NCBI GenBank assembly: GCA_051748045.1
Contig: JBNJGY010000029.1
Location: 1-24,778, forward strand
DNA length: 24,778 bases
Origin: Thermotogota bacterium
Lineage (GTDB): Bacteria > Thermotogota > Thermotogae > Petrotogales > Petrotogaceae
Direction of reading: 5' to 3'
Shown: positions 17,563-24,778 of the stretch, piece by piece
How the letters are laid out: every line of letters starts with the position of its first letter
How positions within the stretch are numbered: position 1 is the stretch's first letter
Position numbers and translations under genes: made by a program
The notes under the pieces: model-generated
What the model was told of the DNA's origin: nothing
What the model saw: only the letters and a program-made list of their open reading frames with translations
Databases searched by the model: none

Positions 17563-18573
17563 ATGGCTGACAAAAATGAATTAAATGGAATTAAAAAATC
17601 TGCTATTTTATTAGTATTAATGGGACCTGAGAATGCGGGTAATATTTTGCAAAAATTAGATGATGATGATGTAGAACAACTTACTTTAGAAGTTGCTAAT
17701 TTAGATAGTGTGAATGAAGATTTAAAAGAATCAGTAATGAACGAATTTTTTGAGTATGCAAAAGTAAAAGAATTTATAAATAAGGGTGGAGTAGATTATG
17801 CTAAACAACTATTAGAAAAAGCATTTGGCCCTGAAAAAGCGATGGAAATAATTGAAAAATTAGTTTCAAATTTACAAGTGAAACCTTTTGATTTCCTAAG
17901 AAAGGTTGATATAACTCAAATGGTTAATGTTCTACAAAATGAACATCCTCAAACCGTTGCTCTTGTATTATGTTATTTACCACCAAATACTTCATCCCAA
18001 ATAATAGCAAATTTACCTGAATCGTTTCAAGTAGATGTAATTAAAAGAATTTCTGTTATGAATTCCGCTACACCTGATATTGTAAAAGAAGTAGAATCAA
18101 AAATGAAAGATAGACTTTCTTCTTTTACAGTTCAAACATTTTCTCAAGTTGGTGGAATTGAAGTATCAGCTGAAATTATGAATAGTATTGATAGAGTTGT
18201 AAGTAAAAACATTTTTGATAGATTATCAGAAAGAGATCCTAAATTATCTGAAGAGATTAGAAAGAGAATGTTTGTCTTTGAAGATATTATTAAACTAGAT
18301 GATAGAGCAGTTCAAAGGGTACTTAGAGAAGTCGATCAAAAAGATCTTACTTTGAGCTTAAAAGGTGCTTCAGAAGAAGTTAAAGATATTATTTTCAAGA
18401 ACATGTCTAATAGAGCTTCACAGATTATAAAAGAAGAACTAGAATTTATGGGTCCTGTTAGGGTAAAAGATGTAGATGAAGCTCAACAACGTATAGTTTC
18501 TGAAATTAGAAAACTTGAAGAATCCGGTGAAATTATAATTTCCGGAGGAGGAGGAGAAGAGTTAATTGTTTAA
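17563..18573 (+). CDS. fliG: Flagellar motor switch protein FliG
   Basis: K-x-AILL, GG-x-x-YA, EHPQT-x-AL, GG linker, MFVFED, NMS-x-RA, MGPVR-x-x-DV-x-x-AQ. Confidence 0.97.
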   Translation: MADKNELNGIKKSAILLVLMGPENAGNILQKLDDDDVEQLTLEVANLDSVNEDLKESVMNEFFEYAKVKEFINKGGVDYAKQLLEKAFGPEKAMEIIEKLVSNLQVKPFDFLRKVDITQMVNVLQNEHPQTVALVLCYLPPNTSSQIIANLPESFQVDVIKRISVMNSATPDIVKEVESKMKDRLSSFTVQTFSQVGGIEVSAEIMNSIDRVVSKNIFDRLSERDPKLSEEIRKRMFVFEDIIKLDDRAVQRVLREVDQKDLTLSLKGASEEVKDIIFKNMSNRASQIIKEELEFMGPVRVKDVDEAQQRIVSEIRKLEESGEIIISGGGGEELIV

Positions 18574-19267
18574 TAAAAGAATAATTAACAACAAATTTGT
18601 AGTTCTTGATTCTCCTATTGAAATAAATAATGAAGAATTAAATCATTTTGATGATGAAAGAGATGACATAAGTGAAGAAATAATTAAAAAAATTGAAGAA
18701 GCAAATAAAAAATCTGATTCTATTATTGCAGAAGCAAACCAAAAAGCTGATGAAATAATAAAAAAAGCTAAAAAACAAGCTGATGAAATGTTTGAGAGTA
18801 AAAAGCAAGAAATAAAAAAAGAATTTGAAGAAAAATATGAAAACCATCTAAATATTTTGAAGGAAAGTATTTCTGAAAATTTAGAGAATGTTCAATCCCA
18901 AATAGACTATTTTATTGACAACACTAACGAATTCTCAGTAACAGCTATAAAAATTATTATTAAAAAATACCTTGAAAATGAAATCTTCAATAAACCCCAA
19001 TGGGTTAATGTTATATTACATAAGCTTAGAAACAAATTAAGCACCTATAAAAAAGTATTATTAAAAATGAATTCAAAAATGTCTGATAAATATGGCCATA
19101 TTTTTGAAGATATGATGTCAGATTCTTTTATAATAAAAGAAGATAACTCCTTAAAAGAAAATGAAATTACTGTAGAAACAGAAATGGGGGCTTATGAATT
19201 AGAACCTGAATCATATATAGAAGACATTATGGAATCCTTAGAGGAGTCTTTCAATGAAGACGATTAA
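18566..19267 (+). CDS. fliH: Flagellar export apparatus protein FliH
   Basis: Lies between fliG and fliI with overlapping ends, has an N-terminal coiled coil and a C-terminal D-x-x-L-x-x-x-x-x-x-VETE-x-G motif. Divergent sequence. Confidence 0.75.
   Translation: MFNKRIINNKFVVLDSPIEINNEELNHFDDERDDISEEIIKKIEEANKKSDSIIAEANQKADEIIKKAKKQADEMFESKKQEIKKEFEEKYENHLNILKESISENLENVQSQIDYFIDNTNEFSVTAIKIIIKKYLENEIFNKPQWVNVILHKLRNKLSTYKKVLLKMNSKMSDKYGHIFEDMMSDSFIIKEDNSLKENEITVETEMGAYELEPESYIEDIMESLEESFNEDD
18695..18793 (+). repeat. Three imperfect 33-nt (11-aa) tandem repeats within fliH
   Basis: EEANKKSDSII / AEANQKADEII / KKAKKQADEMF, with repeated gaagcaaa and aagctgatgaaat DNA words. Confidence 0.55.
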
Positions 19268-20585
19268 TTATAAAAAAATAATCGATAATTTTCAAGAAAA
19301 AATTGAAGAAAAACCTTATCTTTCATTAGAAGGAAAAGTATCTAGAATAATTGGTGTAACCATAGAATCTACTGGCCCAGATTCAGCAGTAGGAGATTTA
19401 TGTAAAATAAAATTAAAAAATAACAAAGATGCTTTGGCTGAAACAGTAGGCTTTTCTGACAATAAAGTTTTACTAATGCCTTTTGAAGATATTAGTGGGC
19501 TTTATGTTGGGGCGCCAGTTAAAAAAGTAGGACACAACGTCACCATAAAGGCAGATGAATCAATTTTAGGTCATGTATTAGATGGGTTAGGAAGACCAAT
19601 AGATGATCTTAGATTTAATCCTAAAGAAAATGTAAAATTATACAATGATCCTCCAAATCCTTTAACAAGAAAAAAGATTGAAGAGCCAATATCAGTAGGA
19701 GTTAGAGCTATAGACGGAATGCTTACTCTTGGAAAAGGTCAGAGAATTAGTATTATGGCAGGTAGTGGTGTTGGGAAAAGTACATTACTTGGTATGATTG
19801 CAAGAAATACTGAAGCAGATATAAACATAATAGGACTAATTGGAGAAAGAGGAAGAGAAGTAAGAGAGTTTATTGAGAGAGACTTGGGAGAAGAAGGGTT
19901 AAAAAAATCTATTGTAATTGTATCTACATCTGATCAACCAGCATTAATGAGAGTAAAAGCTTTATTAACTGCTACAGCTTTAAGTGAATATTTTAGAGAC
20001 AAAGGCCATAATGTTATGTTAATGGTAGATTCTTTAACAAGATGGGCTATGGCTCAAAGAGAGATAGGGTTATCAATAGGCGAACCTCCTGCAACAAGAG
20101 GATACACTCCAAGTGTTTTTGCCAATTTACCTAAAATTCTTGAAAGAGCTGGAAACTCAGAAAAAGGAAATATGACAGCTATATATACTGTTCTTGTAGA
20201 AGCTGATGATATTAATGATCCAATTGGAGATACAGTTAGAGGAATAGTTGATGGTCACGTAGTATTATCAAGGAAACTAGCTGATTCAGCTCATTATCCT
20301 GCTATTGAAATTCTTGGAAGTATTTCCAGGTTGATGACAACAGTTGCCTCAGAAGAACATATAGAAGCTGCAAGAAATATCAAAGAAATCTATGCGGTTT
20401 ATCAAGATGCTAAAGATTTAATAGATGTTGGAGCTTATAAAAAAGGATCAAATCCAAAAATTGACAAATCTATTGAACATATTGAAGAAATTAATGATTT
20501 TCTTACTCAATTGACTAACGAAAAAATAACTTATTCTGAAACCATTGAGAAAATGATTTCAATAAACAATAAGATAAAAAATTAA
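19254..20585 (+). CDS. fliI: Flagellum-specific export ATPase FliI
   Basis: Walker A AGSGVGKSTLLGMIAR, LIGERGREVREF, DSLTR-x-AMAQREI, GEPP-x-x-RGY-x-PSVF and DGH-x-VLSR, in fliFGH context. Confidence 0.96.
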   Translation: MKTINYKKIIDNFQEKIEEKPYLSLEGKVSRIIGVTIESTGPDSAVGDLCKIKLKNNKDALAETVGFSDNKVLLMPFEDISGLYVGAPVKKVGHNVTIKADESILGHVLDGLGRPIDDLRFNPKENVKLYNDPPNPLTRKKIEEPISVGVRAIDGMLTLGKGQRISIMAGSGVGKSTLLGMIARNTEADINIIGLIGERGREVREFIERDLGEEGLKKSIVIVSTSDQPALMRVKALLTATALSEYFRDKGHNVMLMVDSLTRWAMAQREIGLSIGEPPATRGYTPSVFANLPKILERAGNSEKGNMTAIYTVLVEADDINDPIGDTVRGIVDGHVVLSRKLADSAHYPAIEILGSISRLMTTVASEEHIEAARNIKEIYAVYQDAKDLIDVGAYKKGSNPKIDKSIEHIEEINDFLTQLTNEKITYSETIEKMISINNKIKN

Positions 20586-20611
20586 AATATTAAAACTTGG
20601 GGGTCAGTTTA

Positions 20612-21976
20612 ATGGGTATACCTGCAGAATACGCAATTCTTTTAATCGCTTTCGCGATAATCGTAATCCTATTGGTTTTAAAAAGAGTATTAAGGACTAC
20701 TTTAAAACCTTCTAATTATAGAAAAGCTAGAGAAAGCATAACAGCTTATCTATATTTGTTACCAGCCTTTGTAGTTCTTTCAATCTTTATATTTTGGCCA
20801 GTTTTTTATTCATTTTTTCTCAGTTTCTTTAAATGGGATTTCCAAACTCAAGGGAACCCTATTTTCATTGGAATTCAAAATTATACAAAACTTTTTCAAT
20901 TAAATCATCCTATTGAAATGTCTTTTGATGTTGCTTTTTTTAATACCATTTTGGTTTTAATGTTTTTCATTTTCTTAATGCACTTCCTTTTAGATATGAA
21001 AAAAATAAAAGAAAAAATCTATAAAAAATCTATAACAATTGGTGTTGTTATAGGATTAGTAGGTATAATCTTTACTAATATAATGTCAATATTTGGTATA
21101 ATATCTTCTTTGATATTACTTGGTATTTATACTGTATTATTAGCTAAAAAATTCATTTACAAAAATCCTGATAAATTAATGGCTAGATTATTTATTTTTG
21201 CTGGGGTTATTGCATTCACTAGAATACTTGGCGTAAATGAAATATTTGCATATATTTCTCAAGCAAAACAAGAAGCTGATTTTATAAAAGCATTATGGAA
21301 TACTGCTTATTATGTACTTTTATCAACACCTATAACAATTTTCTTGGCTTTAATAATAGCTATGCTCTTAAACAATCAAATAAAAGGTAAAACTGTTTTT
21401 AGAACAGTTTATTTTATTCCTTTTGTAACAAGTGTAGTTGCAGTATCCCTTGTTTGGCAATGGATTTTTAATGATAATGGTTTACTAAACTATATTTTGT
21501 CTATGTTTGGAATAGATAGGCTTTTATGGTTAAAAGATGAAGCATATACAATACCAACAATCGCAATAATATCTATTTGGAAACTTGTTGGTTATTATTC
21601 TGTTATATTTTTATCTGGATTACAGAATATTGATAGAAGTTATTATGAAGCAGCAGAAGTTGATGGTGCAAGTTTTATGCAGAAATTTAAATTTATTACT
21701 TGGCCATTATTATCCCCTACAACATTTTTCATATTGATTGTTTCTATGATAAATGCTTTTAAGGTTTTCTCAGAAATATTTGTTCTTTATTCTGGAATGC
21801 CTGGACCATATAATAATAGCGGATTAACAGTTGTTTATTATATTTATGATAAATTTTATAGTCAACAACGAATGGGACAAGCTAGCGCCGCTGCTTATGT
21901 ATTATTCGGAGTTATATTGCTATTTACTTTTGTTCAACTTAAAGCAGGTAAAAAAAGAGTCCATTACGATTCATAA
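20612..21976 (+). CDS. Carbohydrate ABC transporter permease (MalF/UgpA-type) with extra TM helices
   Basis: AYLYLLPA...WP, FIG-x-x-NY, ALWNT, FRT-x-YFIP, GLLN, EAA loop LQ-x-I-x-x-x-YYEAAEVDGA, F-x-x-IT-x-PLL-x-PT. ATG 20612 chosen by the GGGGG RBS. Confidence 0.9.
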   Translation: MGIPAEYAILLIAFAIIVILLVLKRVLRTTLKPSNYRKARESITAYLYLLPAFVVLSIFIFWPVFYSFFLSFFKWDFQTQGNPIFIGIQNYTKLFQLNHPIEMSFDVAFFNTILVLMFFIFLMHFLLDMKKIKEKIYKKSITIGVVIGLVGIIFTNIMSIFGIISSLILLGIYTVLLAKKFIYKNPDKLMARLFIFAGVIAFTRILGVNEIFAYISQAKQEADFIKALWNTAYYVLLSTPITIFLALIIAMLLNNQIKGKTVFRTVYFIPFVTSVVAVSLVWQWIFNDNGLLNYILSMFGIDRLLWLKDEAYTIPTIAIISIWKLVGYYSVIFLSGLQNIDRSYYEAAEVDGASFMQKFKFITWPLLSPTTFFILIVSMINAFKVFSEIFVLYSGMPGPYNNSGLTVVYYIYDKFYSQQRMGQASAAAYVLFGVILLFTFVQLKAGKKRVHYDS

Positions 21977-21987
21977 GGGGGATATAG

Positions 21988-24222
21988 ATGACTTATTCAA
22001 ATTTTTTAAAAATTATAACTAAAATAATTATATATATATTAGTAGCTGGTGGAGCTTTTATAATGATTTTACCATTCGCTTGGATGATAATGACATCATT
22101 AAAAACAGATGGAGAAGTCAATTCTTGGCCGCCAACTTGGACATCAAAGAATTTTCTGTCAGAAAGAGAACTAAATATGGAACTTTCCACTTCCACAATA
22201 TCATCAAGAGGAACATTGAATTTATCTGAATTTAGATCAATATCTAGAAATAAAGAATTTGATAAAAATAAAATTGTTTATTATATAAATGATGATGATG
22301 TGATGAGAGGACAATTTTTAATAGATTTTGGAAATGTTGACTATGCATCAGAAGATTCATTAAATAAACTGTACAATGAAATTGAAAACTTAAAATCAAA
22401 TTTAGATTTAGATCCAAATCTTGTATCTTATATGCGATACGATGAAGAAAATGTCAAAAATTTTGAAAAAATATATTTTAATCTATTTTCAAATAGCAAT
22501 GGTTTTTTCAAGAAAACTAATATAGGAAATTCCATAAAAAATAATATTACTTCATCAATTCGATTCATAGATAATATGTTAGAAAATAATATAGATAGAT
22601 TACCATATCTAAGAGTAAACAACAATACACCAGAAACTCAAAAAGAATATATCGAAAGTAGAAAAGAGTACCTAAGAAAATATCTTAATAAATTAAAAGA
22701 TGAGTTACAAGAAATGAATGATTATGTTACTGAAAACGCAAAAGGTTTAGGACTCATTTCAGATAATGAGGCTCAGAATTACATATCATTAATGAATGAA
22801 TATTTATCTTTGCAAGAAAATTTTGAAGAAGACGATATACTTTATAGAACAAATGCTTTATTAAATAATAATTTAATATCACCATTTATTACAAACTTTA
22901 ATTCTTTAACAGTTTTTAATAGGCTGACGAATGCTATAGATAATATTCAAAACGAAGAAGTTCAAAATTTAAGCCTATCTGTTAAAATACCAACATCTGA
23001 AATGATGTATGAGAATTTTATAAATGATTTTAAACAGAGTAATTTTGATGAAGAATTGAAAGAAATGGTTATGCGAGTAGTTTCTGAATCAAATATAAAA
23101 TTTTTAAAAGATGTTATTACTACTGAAATTGAAAGTACAATTATAGAAGAAATATCATCAAATTTAGCTGATCAGGGTTCAAACGTTTCCGTATATGCAA
23201 ATATACTGAGAAGCTTATCTGAAAATGAAGCTAATTTAGATAACTATAATTATGTGTTATCTTCAAGTAATTCAAACTTTTTAGATTCTCAATTATCAGA
23301 AAAAAGAGATGAACTACAAAGAATTCTAAATTTAAGAAAAAAATATGATAATTTTATTGGTGAATTTTCAGATTTTTATGGAGAATCAACTAGTATAACT
23401 AAAATAATTGAGGGTCATGAATTAGTAGAAAAAGTATTATTTAAAGAAAACTCAAAAATTGAAGTTCATTTAAATGGAATAATATCAACTTGGATGCTTG
23501 ATGAAATTCCTAATGTAAAAGTAGAATTTTCATTTTCTGAAATTTTTAAGAATATTTTCCAGAATTACGTAACAGCATGGAATGCAGCTCCCTTTTCTCA
23601 ATATTATGTCAATACAGTTTTCATGGCAACAACAACAACAATATTCGAAATTATAATAGCAAGTATGGCTGCATTTGCTTTTGCAAAATTGAAATTTTGG
23701 GGTAAAAATGTCATTTTTACCATATTCTTAGCTACCATGATGGTTCCAGGAGAAGTATTGCTAGTACCTAATTACATAACAATATCAAGATTTCAATGGA
23801 TAGATAGTTACTATGCTTTAATTGTTCCTTGGGTTGTTAGCGTATTTGCTATATTTCTTTTGAGACAGCAATTTATGACAGTTCCAAACGATCTTTGGGA
23901 TGCAGCTAAAATAGATGGTTCATCATCTTGGAGATTTTTATGGACAGTAATGGTTCCACTAAGCAAACCTGCTCTTTTAACAGGAGCTTTATTAAAATTT
24001 GTAGGTTCATGGAACGCATTCTTATGGGTATTAATTGTAACTAAGAGTCCAGAAATGAGAACATTAGCTGTTGGATTGCAGACATTTAGAAGTGAATCTG
24101 GTGAAATCTATAATTTATTAATGGCAGCATCAACATTTTCGATGATTCCAATAGTTATAATTTTTATTGTTTTACAAAGATATTTTGTTGAAGGAATTGC
24201 AAAAAGTGGTTTGAAGGGATAA
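21988..24222 (+). CDS. Carbohydrate ABC transporter permease (MalG/UgpE-type) with ~470-aa extracytoplasmic insertion
   Basis: N-terminal LPF-x-WM-x-x-TSLK...PP, then a long soluble insert, then FQNY...NT, AAFAFAK-x-x-F-x-GK, TMMVP, FLLRQ-x-F and the EAA loop DAAKIDG, WN-x-F-x-W and LQRYFVEGI-x-x-SGLKG. Confidence 0.9.
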   Translation: MTYSNFLKIITKIIIYILVAGGAFIMILPFAWMIMTSLKTDGEVNSWPPTWTSKNFLSERELNMELSTSTISSRGTLNLSEFRSISRNKEFDKNKIVYYINDDDVMRGQFLIDFGNVDYASEDSLNKLYNEIENLKSNLDLDPNLVSYMRYDEENVKNFEKIYFNLFSNSNGFFKKTNIGNSIKNNITSSIRFIDNMLENNIDRLPYLRVNNNTPETQKEYIESRKEYLRKYLNKLKDELQEMNDYVTENAKGLGLISDNEAQNYISLMNEYLSLQENFEEDDILYRTNALLNNNLISPFITNFNSLTVFNRLTNAIDNIQNEEVQNLSLSVKIPTSEMMYENFINDFKQSNFDEELKEMVMRVVSESNIKFLKDVITTEIESTIIEEISSNLADQGSNVSVYANILRSLSENEANLDNYNYVLSSSNSNFLDSQLSEKRDELQRILNLRKKYDNFIGEFSDFYGESTSITKIIEGHELVEKVLFKENSKIEVHLNGIISTWMLDEIPNVKVEFSFSEIFKNIFQNYVTAWNAAPFSQYYVNTVFMATTTTIFEIIIASMAAFAFAKLKFWGKNVIFTIFLATMMVPGEVLLVPNYITISRFQWIDSYYALIVPWVVSVFAIFLLRQQFMTVPNDLWDAAKIDGSSSWRFLWTVMVPLSKPALLTGALLKFVGSWNAFLWVLIVTKSPEMRTLAVGLQTFRSESGEIYNLLMAASTFSMIPIVIIFIVLQRYFVEGIAKSGLKG

Positions 24223-24231
24223 GGTGATTAG

Positions 24232-24549
24232 ATGCCTTTTGTAAATATGAACAAGAATGAAGACAAAACTAAGAAAAAAAATAAAGCAAAAAACAATTAT
24301 AAAAAGTCATTGTTAATAATGACATCTATAATATTATCTTTTTTTATCTTACAGATTGGCAGACAAATCCATTTATTCATATCATTAGAAGAAGAATATA
24401 AACAAATTAAAACAAGACAAAATCAGTTACAAGAAGTGTTTGATGAAAAAAATGCAATTTTAAATAAATTAGAACAAAGATTAGAAAAAAGAGGAGTCGG
24501 AGTCACAGATGACACATTCTATCAATTGGATATTCACAACATCCCATAA
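24232..24549 (+). CDS. Small bitopic membrane protein, FtsL/FtsB(DivIC)-like septum formation initiator
   Basis: Lys-rich N-terminus, one TM helix (SLLIMTSIILSFFILQIG), then a leucine heptad coiled coil. AAGGTG RBS. Confidence 0.5.
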   Translation: MPFVNMNKNEDKTKKKNKAKNNYKKSLLIMTSIILSFFILQIGRQIHLFISLEEEYKQIKTRQNQLQEVFDEKNAILNKLEQRLEKRGVGVTDDTFYQLDIHNIP

Positions 24550-24778
24550 GCCTAATAAAAAACAAATACAAAAAGCTTATGAATTAGCAAAATATTATAA
24601 TACAAATTATAGAAACAGAAGACATATTAGAGACGTTGATAAAAAAAAAGGTATGTTTATAATTGAAAAAGATTTAACTGTCAAATTTATAGACGAGAAA
24701 AGCGAGTTTTTTTATCATCCATCAATTTCCAAAATTCGATATAATAATTATGAGAATTCAAAAAATGATTACCTAATA
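24509..24778 (+). CDS. Probable class I SAM-dependent methyltransferase (YpiP/RsmJ-like), 3'-truncated; not in ORF track
   Basis: ATG 24509 after GGAG, open to the window end: MTHSINWIFTTSHKP...AYELAK...RNRR...EFFYHPSISKIR...NDYLI. TT-S...A-x-x-LA...R and FFxHP-x-x-x-x-x-R...D-x-LI resemble the N-terminus of the SAM_MT family. Confidence 0.6.
   Translation, partial: MTHSINWIFTTSHKPNKKQIQKAYELAKYYNTNYRNRRHIRDVDKKKGMFIIEKDLTVKFIDEKSEFFYHPSISKIRYNNYENSKNDYLI

Noticed and set aside
18638-22625. Short ORFs 18638..18847, 21831..22022, 21993..22196 and 22428..22625
   Set aside because: Shadow frames. The Phe-rich 18638..18847 is the reverse complement of Lys/Glu codons in fliH.
1-24778. CRISPR arrays, IS elements, prophage, defence systems, tRNA/rRNA
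   Set aside because: I saw no spaced direct repeats, transposase or integrase motifs, or GC-rich structured RNA segments. The HD nuclease is an ordinary YhaM.

Overview
AT-rich bacterial chromosomal window with dense housekeeping genes. The HslV propeptide, class I BirA, ftcD-rlmH adjacency and FliF/FliG style suggest Thermotogota, probably a low-GC Petrotogaceae-like organism; this taxonomy is inference. Order: 5'-truncated GNAT acetyltransferase; orphan glycine-betaine-type ABC binding protein; a tightly coupled minus-strand operon (alr, yhaM, topA, ddl, hslV, NUDIX, ispE); M32 carboxypeptidase; minus-strand rodA, ftcD-like, rlmH; plus-strand birA, hpt, PNP; then a long plus-strand run of an SLT lytic transglycosylase/beta-barrel-like protein, fliF, fliG, fliH, fliI, two carbohydrate-ABC permeases with large insertions, an FtsL/FtsB-like protein and a 3'-truncated probable methyltransferase. 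I saw no RNA genes, CRISPR arrays or mobile elements. The main leads are (1) a lytic transglycosylase apparently inserted into an outer-membrane beta-barrel, heading the flagellar basal-body operon, and (2) a MalG-type permease with a ~470-aa extracytoplasmic insertion whose MalF-type partner has extra TM helices. Smaller leads are a signal-peptide-less osmolyte-binding protein behind a palindromic site, a PNP with the Asn243-to-Asp specificity change, and a formiminotransferase with an eroded C-terminal subdomain.
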